DNA from: an uncultured Acidobacteriota bacterium
GTDB lineage: Bacteria > Acidobacteriota > Terriglobia > Acidiferrales > UBA7541
NCBI GenBank assembly: GCA_963811815.1
Contig: CAWEST010000005.1
Span: 72,177 to 136,176, forward strand
Length of the DNA: 64,000 nt
Direction of reading: 5' to 3'
Part shown: positions 28,696 to 36,642 of the stretch, one piece after another
Layout of the letters: each line of letters begins with the position of its first letter
Numbering within the stretch: position 1 is the first letter of the stretch
The notes under the pieces: model-generated
What the model was told of the DNA's origin: nothing
Seen by the model: only the letters and a program-made list of their open reading frames with translations
Databases searched by the model: none
Position numbers and translations under genes: made by a program

Positions 28696-29541
28696 CTAGG
28701 AGCGTGACCGCTTCTTCTCGAAATTCTTTTCCAGCTTATCAAACGTTGAGCGAATTTGATCGAGCGCTGGCCCTCCGCCGGGCTGTTCCTTTACTTCCAG
28801 GACGAGCGCAACCGGCTGCGGAGCGCTCGCGAGCGCAGCGAGGCCGGCTTCCCAATCTATGGTGCCTTCGTAGGGAAGCAGATGCTCGTCCTTCTCGCCG
28901 TGATTGTCGTGAATGTGCGCGGTCACCACGCGTTCGCGCATGGCGTCAAAACCCACTTCGACGCCCTCTTCGATATGCGCGTGGCCGGTGTCGAAGCAAA
29001 GCCGCAAATCATGCAAGTGGGTATCGGCGATGAAGTGCTGCAGCGAAGCCGGCGCGCCCAGCTCATCGGGCGTATTTTCCAGCGCGATTGTTACTCCGCG
29101 AGCCTTGGCGAAAATCGAAAGTTGCTCGAGCGAGCTGAAAGCCGCATCGAGCTTGCGGGGGTCTGCGCTTTGGCGGCCGTGTCCCATATGTTGAACCAAA
29201 AAGCGAAAGGGAATTCGTTCGGCCACTTCGAGCGCTCGCTTCACTTCATCTACTGCGTCGAGGCGGCGGATGCGTTCGGTGTCAGAAATGGAAATGGGCA
29301 CTCCGCTTTCGCGCCCCGGCGAAAGGTCGCGTTCGGTGGGCGAGTGCAGAGCGTGTAGCTCCAGATGATATTCGCCAAGTGCATCGGCCAGTTCTCGCAC
29401 GGCTTGCGGCTCGCGATAGCTGAAATGTTGCGGCGCGCAGAAAATCTCGATTCCGGCGATCCCCGCCTGAGAAATCTCCGCGAGCAAAGCGGGGCCGAGC
29501 GGCTGATTGATATAACGATATGTGGATAGGACGCGTTGCAT
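28696..29541 (-). CDS. Sugar phosphate isomerase/epimerase (xylose-isomerase-like TIM barrel)
   Basis: IALENTP, CFDTGHAHI and HIHDNHG metal-site pattern. Confidence 0.8.
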   Translation of the reverse strand: MQRVLSTYRYINQPLGPALLAEISQAGIAGIEIFCAPQHFSYREPQAVRELADALGEYHLELHALHSPTERDLSPGRESGVPISISDTERIRRLDAVDEVKRALEVAERIPFRFLVQHMGHGRQSADPRKLDAAFSSLEQLSIFAKARGVTIALENTPDELGAPASLQHFIADTHLHDLRLCFDTGHAHIEEGVEVGFDAMRERVVTAHIHDNHGEKDEHLLPYEGTIDWEAGLAALASAPQPVALVLEVKEQPGGGPALDQIRSTFDKLEKNFEKKRSRS

Positions 29542-29766
29542 TCAGCCCTCGGGCGGTTCCATATCAGCTAGTCGGATGCGAAAACAAGTAGAAGCAGCGC
29601 AATAAAAGCTCCCAGCAAAAGCGCGAGGCCGATCCACACATAGACGGGCCGCTTTTTTCGCATCAAACCCGCGGGCGGCTGAACGACTTCAGGAAGCAGC
29701 GGATTGGAAGTCACAGTCTTCCTCGATTGCGAAAGCGTCCAAAGTTCAGATCGAGTAGCATCCGGA

Positions 29767-30762
29767 TCAGCCTTTACGAAATGATTTGGCGGCGGTGACA
29801 CAAGAGCGCAGCTTTTCGACGGCTTCTTCTACCGTGCGCGTTTTTAGGCCGCAGTCCGGGTCCACCCATACGCGCTCTTTCGGGAGAATGGTCAGAGCCT
29901 GCTCGACTCTTTCGCGCACGGCGCCAGCGCTGTCGCTCGTATGCGAGTGCACGTCCACCACTCCGAAACTGATGTCTTTCGTAAACGGATGGCGGCGGAA
30001 AAGTTCGAGCAGGTCGAGGTCGCTATTGGACATTTCCAGATCGAAATTATCTACGGCCAGATCAAGCATGCCGGGATAAATATGTTCGAACTCGCCATAG
30101 CAAGCGTGGGTGATGAAGTAGGCGTCCTGGCCCTGGGTGGTGAATTCCATGGCTTCGATGGCTATGGGCAATTCTTCGGGGCGCACGGAAAGCGCAGGCT
30201 CGTCGATTTGGATGATTTTGCAGCCCGCAGCGATTAACGTTTCCACTTCCTGGCGAATCACTTTCGCCAGTGCAAAGGCGGCGGCGCGGCGGTCAGGGTA
30301 AAACTCGTTGAAGCTCCAGTCCATGATGGTGTAGGCGCCGGTAAGCATGCCCTTGACCGGCTTCTTGGTGAGGCTTTGAGCGTATTTCCACCAGTCAACC
30401 GTCACCGGGCCGCGCCATCCAACTTCGCCAGTAATTACCGGCTTGTGATAGTAGCGATTCCCATAGCTGCGAACCAAACCGCTGGTTGCAAATCCCGGCA
30501 GCCGCTCGGCGAAGTAAGCGACCATGTCCCCGCGGTACATTTCGCCGTCCACGAGCACGTCCAGTCCGAGTTTTTCCTGCTGCTCGATCCAGAAAGCGGT
30601 GGCCTTGCGCTCCAGATCGTGAAGATCTTTTTCCGGAATTTGGCCCTTTGTGAATTCTGAGCGAGCCTTAACCAGATAATCGGGCTTAGGGAAGCTGCCG
30701 ACCGAAGTGGTCGGGAAGAGCGGCAACTTCAAGCCGAGCTTTTCCAATTTTTCACGGCTCAT
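29767..30762 (-). CDS. Cobalamin-independent methionine-synthase catalytic (MetE C-terminal-like) domain protein
   Basis: 331 aa. Zn-site pattern THACYGEF ... LEMSNSD ... VDPDCGLKTR. Also TTSVGSFPKP and IIQIDEPAL. Confidence 0.85.
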   Translation of the reverse strand: MSREKLEKLGLKLPLFPTTSVGSFPKPDYLVKARSEFTKGQIPEKDLHDLERKATAFWIEQQEKLGLDVLVDGEMYRGDMVAYFAERLPGFATSGLVRSYGNRYYHKPVITGEVGWRGPVTVDWWKYAQSLTKKPVKGMLTGAYTIMDWSFNEFYPDRRAAAFALAKVIRQEVETLIAAGCKIIQIDEPALSVRPEELPIAIEAMEFTTQGQDAYFITHACYGEFEHIYPGMLDLAVDNFDLEMSNSDLDLLELFRRHPFTKDISFGVVDVHSHTSDSAGAVRERVEQALTILPKERVWVDPDCGLKTRTVEEAVEKLRSCVTAAKSFRKG

Positions 30763-31832
30763 GGGCGGCCGCCTTTTAGCTCGGAGCGAACTTTTGAGAG
30801 TAATTCAAGCTTGGCGAAGGCGCGATCGCGCGGAAGATATTCGAGACCGGATGAAGTTCCAAGAAAAGCGCGTTCGCCTTTTATTTTTGGCAGCATGCGT
30901 TCAATCTGGCGCGCGATTTGCGCGGGATCTTCCAGCCGCGTGTTGCGGCCGTCCACAAGTCCGAGTCCGAGCGCTTTCGGAGAGCCTCTTGCGGCAATCA
31001 TATCCACGAGTTTTGGGTAGTAAGTAAAATCCAGACCGACGATGTCCACCGGCAGCGAGACCAGCTTTTCGTAAAATGGCGCGCAATCGTGGAAGTAAAC
31101 GTAGAGAGCCAGCTCGAGTTTGCGTCCGCTCTTCGTAAAAGTGTCGCGCGCTTTAACGAGCGGGGGGAGCGAAGCCTCGAAAATCGCCCAGTCATTCGGG
31201 TACTTGATCGCGGCGGGCTCGTCGACCTGAATTAACTCGGCGCCCAATTGCGCTAGCGTCTCGATCTCGGTAGCAAGAATTTCGGAGTAGGCCTGGGCGC
31301 GGTCTTCGAGAGCGGCGAACCGCCCCGACGAGCCATTTCCGTGCTGTTCGCCAAGCGAAAATTTTGCGAGGGTATACGGGCCAGTCAGCACAGGCTTAAC
31401 GCTGAGCTTTCCCGCTTTCCCCGAAGGAGTTGGCAAATGGCCAAGGGCGTTTCGCGCGAAGCTGTAATCACCGGCGGCAAGATGTCCGCGTTTGAGCGGC
31501 GTTCCGGTGAAGATGGGCTGGCGAAAATAGGTGTTGGTGTCGAAGAAGCGAACGAGCCCTTTGATTTGGATGTTATCGAGTTTGCCGGCCAGGTGAGAGA
31601 TGGGATCGTACCAGCGAATCAGCCCGTCGGTGACGACGTCAAGGCCGGCCCTCACTTGTTCGGCGATGACGAAGCGGGTCACGTCGTTCTGAACGTCGAG
31701 AAGATCGGCGGTGGAGCGGTCACCACGGTCGAGCGCGGCAATGGTTCGCCGCAGGAGCTGCAATTCCGGGGGATCGCCGATGCGCGGATAGCTTCCCGTG
31801 CTGGAAAGGAAGAGGCCCGGAGTGGCGCTCAT
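30759..31832 (-). CDS. MetE N-terminal-like (Meth_synt_1-type) domain protein lacking the Zn site
   Basis: 357 aa. STGSYPRIG, VVTDGLIRWYDP, LIQVDEPAA and VDGRNTRLE, with no His/Cys Zn ligands. ATGA overlap with the downstream catalytic-domain gene. Confidence 0.75.
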   Translation of the reverse strand: MSATPGLFLSSTGSYPRIGDPPELQLLRRTIAALDRGDRSTADLLDVQNDVTRFVIAEQVRAGLDVVTDGLIRWYDPISHLAGKLDNIQIKGLVRFFDTNTYFRQPIFTGTPLKRGHLAAGDYSFARNALGHLPTPSGKAGKLSVKPVLTGPYTLAKFSLGEQHGNGSSGRFAALEDRAQAYSEILATEIETLAQLGAELIQVDEPAAIKYPNDWAIFEASLPPLVKARDTFTKSGRKLELALYVYFHDCAPFYEKLVSLPVDIVGLDFTYYPKLVDMIAARGSPKALGLGLVDGRNTRLEDPAQIARQIERMLPKIKGERAFLGTSSGLEYLPRDRAFAKLELLSKVRSELKGGRP

Positions 31833-31875
31833 GACTGCCCTGCCTGCGCGACACTATAGCTTGGTTCAAAGTTCG

Positions 31876-32261
31876 CGATTAGAAGGGTTGGTCGGTGTTT
31901 GTTTTCAGCAGGTTGCGGAATTTCTAATTCCAAGAGTTCTCGATTAGAAATGCCAGTGGTTAGTGGCGAGTGGCGAACGCGATTAGAAATGGGTGAGTTC
32001 TGAGCCAAAACCAGGCTCGAATTTCGGGCTTTGCGGAATTTAATTCTTTGGCGATTTAACTTGCTGCAAAAATGGCCAGATTCGATTGCTCGCAATTGCG
32101 GTTGTAGCATTCTTATGTCGGCGGACCAAGACTTGTCGCGCGATTGCTCGGCGCCAGTCTTGACCAAATTCTGCTTGGGCGAGTCGGCGGCACGATTGCT
32201 AATTCCGGCACAGCCGGTTAGGAAAGCGACCTCAGCGCTTCCAGCAGCCACCTTTTCGATT
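31876..32261. repeat. Oriented array of eight CGATT-core motifs (3x CGATTAGAA, 3x CGATTGCT, 2 degenerate) plus a duplicated TTGCGGAATTT(C)TAATTC segment, in the non-coding leader of the split-metE operon
   Basis: CGATT occurs at 31876, 31941, 31980, 32052, 32083, 32141, 32193 and 32257, all on the + strand. TTGCGGAATTT occurs at 31913 and 32031. Hairpin arms are tttctaat (31921-28) and attagaaa (31943-50). Confidence 0.6.
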
Positions 32262-32728
32262 CGAACAGCCTCCATCAGCCACCCTCGGTCCTTATAAAGC
32301 AAACTCAGAATGTAATCAGAATTGGGCGCGGGAAGCAAGGAAATGCAACCGAACGGCGGAAATCTAAACGCGAGCTTCGAGAATAGAGGCGCGAAAGTTA
32401 CAGAAATTATTTGCATCGAGAAGACCCGAACTCTTCACACCACGAAGGGTCCGGCATCCGCAGGGAGCTCCTGCGGTTCAGTGCGTTATTTCTGCAAGGA
32501 GAGAGTTGAGCAAAATGGTAGCGAACTATCGGTGAGGCGCTTTCCGCGGTGGTGTGGGTTGGAGACCCGAAGAGAGCCGGCGAGACGCCGGCGCTACGAA
32601 AATCTAGGCTGCCGTTTGCGGGAATTGTCCGCCTAGCGGCGTGTAAAACGGCAAAGCTATGAGGCGAGATGATGGCAGGCCTACGCGGCGCAGCAGGTTG
32701 GGCTGCTACGCCGGTGCGCAGGGTGGCG

Positions 32729-33715
32729 TTAGATACCGGTTCCGACGTAGCCGTTTTCGGCGGTTCGGAGGCCCATGTTTGGCATTTCTGTTTTCACTTT
32801 TACCGGCTCAAGACTCGGCTTATTTGCGCTCTTGGCAAGAAACGTAAGCTCGTATTGGTGCTTCAGGTTGTAGCTTACATCCTGCAAGTAGGGAGTGAAA
32901 TCAACCGAAGCGCCGAGACCGAGGTAGTAGGTCTCGCCACCGGTCTTTTGAGCGAGCAGATCCAGGCCAGTCTGCGCCAGATTGGTGCGGAAAGCACCAC
33001 GGCCGGCAAGGCCAGCTCCGGGCGTATAAATTGAATAGACGATAAAGCCTCCCCGTTGCGCGCGATTCAAAGCCTCGTCGAGGTAGGGATTCGTGTATGG
33101 ATCGTTTGAAAATCCGCCGCCGAGAGGATCAATTCCGTTGGTGAACATCAAGATTTCGCGGCGGTCTTGAGTCTGCGGCCATTTCTTCATAAGGTCCGAC
33201 AGCGCCAAGTACGGGCTGGTGTATCCCGCCGAAGCGCCGATGGGCAAGCGCAACGCTTTTTGTGCCAAGGCGTGGTCCGTGGTCAACTCTTGGGCCGTGG
33301 TGACCATGCCGTTGTGCATATAACCCACGGCGATGGCTGTGCTAGCGGGCTGTTCGTCGATAAATTTCGCGATGCTGCTGAACTGCAAGCTGAGGCTGTC
33401 TCTGGAATTGTCGTCGATCAAAATGAAAAGCTGCAATCCGGCACGGTCTCCCTGCAGCGGGATCCAGCTGGTGACGGCATCCTGCTTTTCGCGCTGATAC
33501 ACTTTCACGTCAGCTTCTGCGACCACTGGCACTTCTGCGCCGCGGTGCGGCTTCACCGTCACGACCATTTTGACTGGGACGTCGGTCGAAGTGTTGGGCT
33601 TGTGCGGTGCGGCCAGTGTCGGTCCGGAGATCATGCCGAGAGCGAGACCAAACATCGCTCCCAAGGCTAAAGAGTGCTTCGTTATCGAGTTTTTCCCCAT
33701 CTTTAAGTTTTGCAT
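32729..33715 (-). CDS. Secreted VWA-like domain protein (acidobacterial VWFA-related type)
   Basis: Signal peptide (ITKHSLALGAMFGLALGMISGPTLAA) and LQLFILIDDNSRDS MIDAS-like start. ATG at 33715; the ORF track start at 33874 adds a non-protein-like leader. Confidence 0.65.
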   Translation of the reverse strand: MQNLKMGKNSITKHSLALGAMFGLALGMISGPTLAAPHKPNTSTDVPVKMVVTVKPHRGAEVPVVAEADVKVYQREKQDAVTSWIPLQGDRAGLQLFILIDDNSRDSLSLQFSSIAKFIDEQPASTAIAVGYMHNGMVTTAQELTTDHALAQKALRLPIGASAGYTSPYLALSDLMKKWPQTQDRREILMFTNGIDPLGGGFSNDPYTNPYLDEALNRAQRGGFIVYSIYTPGAGLAGRGAFRTNLAQTGLDLLAQKTGGETYYLGLGASVDFTPYLQDVSYNLKHQYELTFLAKSANKPSLEPVKVKTEMPNMGLRTAENGYVGTGI

Positions 33716-33946
33716 CGTCTCATCCCTTCTCTCGGAATCCGAGAGTTTCAACTGCTGATGGCGCCGCTCTTGCAGGGGCCTATAGTCGCGAGCCGAAGAA
33801 CAGCATTTCGGCCCTAGGGATAAGATGCGCTGACGGCAGGTTTGGGGTACTTGCAGATTCGTCTCTAACTGCAAGATTATAAGAAACTTGGAAAAAGGGC
33901 AGTTGGGCGAATGCTCTCGCTCGTGTTAATCCGTGCTGGATTACCG

Positions 33947-35470
33947 CTATGGCGCGATTTCTCTTGGATAGACGCTAATGGCGGTAGGGTCAATCTCGAA
34001 GCGCAGGAGCCAGTCGCTTGGCACGTTACGGCCGTCGATTTTCGCGGGGGCAAATTTCCAAAGTTGCGCGGCTTTCAGGGTGCGGTCGGCGAAATACGTG
34101 CTGGGGCCCGGGGAATCGAACGACGCTTCCGTTACGTCGCCTGATTCGTTTACGTGAACTTTGACGCTGACTCGAACCTTTCCGTGAATCGTGTCTCTGG
34201 CTTTCTGCGGCGCGTCGGGCAGGATTTGCTGAAGTACTTTGCCACGGACGATGCCGCTGGCGGATGTTGTGGCGGGCGCAGCGGATTGAACTGGGATTGG
34301 TGATGGAGCAGGATTGCCCGCAGCCGGTTTTTTCTCTCGTGGGAGAACTGGCCGCGGTGCAGTCTGCTGCGCGGGCTTCGCAGCGGGCGAAGCCGATTTG
34401 GCGGACAGCACTGGTTTGTTTTCTGATTTTGGCTGAACTTTTGCAGGAACCGAGGACTGAACTCTTGACTGCACCGGCGGCTGAGCTTGCGCCGGAACTT
34501 TTGGCTGCGGCGCCGACGGCTGGACTGCGACCGGAGCGGGGGGTGGACTTTGAGAGTGGCGGGCGGAAGATCGCGAGCGTGCGATGATCGCTACGAGCAG
34601 AAGGACAGCCAGCACCACCGCGGCGATGGTGCGCGGGTTTACAAGCGAAGTTTCCGGACCCGGAGTGATCTGCCTCGGCTGCGCGGGCGAATTCTGCTGT
34701 AGGCGCGCGGCGATGTCCGCAACGGTCCAGCGCAATTGCGGGTCACGGCGCAAACAGTGGCGCGCCAAATCGAGAACCTCCGGCGGGAGGTTTGACGGCA
34801 GCGCCGGCTCGGCTTGATTCGTTCTCTCCCACACGGGCAAGCGCTGAGTCAAAGCTTCGGCCAAGGTCATGCCCAGCGACCAAACGTCGCCCGCGGGAGA
34901 AATTCTTCCTCCGGCTGCTTCGGGAGGATCGTAGGCGCCGGGTTTTCCCAAGCTGCCACTGTATTCGCCGATGCGGCAAAGTCCGTCGCTCGAAATTTTC
35001 AGGAGGTCGTCATCGGCCATGATGTTGGCGGGTTTCAAGCGGCAATGAACGAAGCCCTTGGAGTGAACGTAGGCGAGGGCGTCGGCCACGGGGCCGAGAA
35101 TGTCGCGTGCTTCCGCAGGAGAGAGCGGCCTGCGCGCAACTACTTGCGAGAGGTTTTCTTCGGCGTATTCCATGACCACGTAGAGCATCGGCGTGTGATC
35201 CAACTCGCAGCGGCCCGTTTGCAGGAGGCGGATCAAGTGGGGATGAGAAAGTCTTGCGGCTTGTTTCCAGCGGGCGAGTTGGGCCGGGGCATCAACTGAA
35301 TCGGCCGGGATCAGCTTGATTGCGGCTTTGGGGACTTCCTGCCCGTCGTAATCAACCAGAAATACGGAGCTGCGTTCATTTCCGCCGACGAATTGGCCAA
35401 GGCGGAATTTCCCGTCAACGACTTGGCCCATCTGTTTTGTCGCGGCCTCGGTCATGTAATCCCCCTGCAT
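33947..35470 (-). CDS. Ser/Thr-kinase-like (predicted pseudokinase) / TM / Pro-rich spacer / TonB C-terminal domain fusion protein
   Basis: The kinase fold has AAIKLI, HCRLKPAN (HRD Asp replaced by Arg), KISSDG (DFG degenerate), PPE and DVWSLG. TM is IAAVVLAVLLLVAIIA, followed by a ~100-aa P/Q/A-rich spacer. TonB_C-like end: IHGKVRVSVKVHVNESGDVTEASF...AAQLWKFAPA. Alternative ATG at 35455. Confidence 0.8.
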   Translation of the reverse strand: MQGDYMTEAATKQMGQVVDGKFRLGQFVGGNERSSVFLVDYDGQEVPKAAIKLIPADSVDAPAQLARWKQAARLSHPHLIRLLQTGRCELDHTPMLYVVMEYAEENLSQVVARRPLSPAEARDILGPVADALAYVHSKGFVHCRLKPANIMADDDLLKISSDGLCRIGEYSGSLGKPGAYDPPEAAGGRISPAGDVWSLGMTLAEALTQRLPVWERTNQAEPALPSNLPPEVLDLARHCLRRDPQLRWTVADIAARLQQNSPAQPRQITPGPETSLVNPRTIAAVVLAVLLLVAIIARSRSSARHSQSPPPAPVAVQPSAPQPKVPAQAQPPVQSRVQSSVPAKVQPKSENKPVLSAKSASPAAKPAQQTAPRPVLPREKKPAAGNPAPSPIPVQSAAPATTSASGIVRGKVLQQILPDAPQKARDTIHGKVRVSVKVHVNESGDVTEASFDSPGPSTYFADRTLKAAQLWKFAPAKIDGRNVPSDWLLRFEIDPTAISVYPREIAP

Positions 35471-35887
35471 CGTCGCGAGCGATAATCGGCGAGATCTTGC
35501 CCGAGCGGCCGCGTTCGACTTGCCAAGGAATCGAACTGTGTTGCGCCTGAAATCGGGCTCGGCGCGTCTTGCTGCGGTGAATCAGGCTGGGTTGGTGCCG
35601 GCTGCAGAGGGCGATGATTCCCCATGTCCCACTCCCTCTTGCAGTCCATTTTGCAACAATCCGGTGCTGCGCGCGTGGAAAACTAATTTGTGCGGTGCTC
35701 AATGGCACCACTGTCTGGAATCACTTGCTGGGAGCGGGCTCCTAGTCTCCAGTTCGATACAGGGCTTTGAGAATCTTGCTGCAAAGTGCGGCTAGATAGA
35801 GGATTTTGTTGAGTCGCCACCGGGAACTCAGAGCCCGGAGCGATCTAGAAAATCGATTGAAGCGTACATCTGCGTCGAGAGAGGGCA

Positions 35888-36642
35888 ATGGAGATTACTT
35901 CTGGCAACCGATTGGGAACTTTCGAAGTGTTTTTGCCGGTCCGCTCCGCTGAGCGGGAGGCTCAGCCGCGCGGCGATGATGGATTTCCCGGACGACTATT
36001 TATCGTTGAAGGCATCGACGGGTCGGGAAAATCCACGCAACTGAGCTTGCTGCACAAATGGCTCGAATCGAAAGGCTACGGGGTGGTGTTCAGCGAGTGG
36101 AATTCCTCTCCGCTGGTGAAAAACACGACGAAGTTCGGGAAGAAAAAAAGATGCTGACGGCGGCGACGTTTTCGCTGATTCACGCCACCGATTTCGCCGA
36201 CCGGACGGAGAAGAGCATTCTGCCGCTGTTGAAAGCGGGCGCGGTGGTGCTGTGCGATCGCTACATCTACACGGCGTTCGCGCGAGACGTGGCACGCGGA
36301 ATGGACCGCGAGTGGGTTCGCGAGCTTTATGGGTTTGCGGTGAAGCCCGCGGTGGCGTTCTACTTCCGAGTGCCGCTGGAGACCGCCATCGGACGGCTGA
36401 TGGATGGCCGCGATGAACTCAAGTATTACGAAGCAGGGATGGACCTGGACCTGAGCGATGACCCCGAGGAAAGCTTTCGGCTCTTTCAAGGCTTGATACT
36501 GAAGGAATACGAAAAAATGATTTCCGAATTCGGATTGACGGTCATTGACGCCACTTTGCCAATCGAAGTGCAGCAAACGCAAGTGAGACAAATCGTAAAA
36601 ACGCAACTCGAGAAAGCGGTGAACGTGAGGGTGCAACGATGA
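35888..36642 (+). pseudogene. Thymidylate-kinase-like P-loop protein interrupted by a frameshift at an A7 run (a -1 shift restores a 251-aa product)
   Basis: ORF 35888-36157 carries FIVEGIDGSGKSTQ and ends ...FGKKKRC*. ORF 36058-36642, in the -1 frame, continues ...KKMLTAATFSLIHATDFADR...CDRYIYTAFA. The A7 run is at 36143-36149. Confidence 0.75.

Noticed and set aside
29568-29801. 77-aa minus-strand ORF, or a 31-aa version from the ATG at 29663 with one TM (MRKKRPVYVWIGLALLLGAFIALLLLVFASD).
   Set aside because: The long form overlaps the 3' end of the MetE-catalytic gene by 35 nt and has no motif. The short form is plausible as a tiny membrane peptide, but it cannot be supported from the sequence alone.
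31951-31980. GCCACT-containing stretch (minus strand: cgccactcgccactaaccactggc) as a possible cobalamin riboswitch core upstream of metE. I also looked for a SAM-I core in the leader.
   Set aside because: I could not find the other conserved elements on either strand: a GGGAA / GGTG..AATCC region and B12 box for cobalamin, or GAGGGA...GCAACC for SAM-I. A formal cmscan is still needed.
31829-32416. 195-aa minus-strand ORF covering the metE leader, plus the + strand ORFs 32031-32297 and 32322-32636.
   Set aside because: The translation merely reflects the nucleotide repeats (ISNR/SNR recurring from TTCTAATCG/AGCAATCG). It has no protein-like composition. I treat the region as non-coding.
35471-35887. 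417-nt divergent region between the pseudokinase and Tmk-like genes, with ORFs 35520-35795 (+) and 35415-35711 (-), considered as possible small genes or an ncRNA.
   Set aside because: The translations are Cys/Pro/Arg-rich and not protein-like. I found no recognisable RNA motif. It is most simply a pair of divergent promoters.
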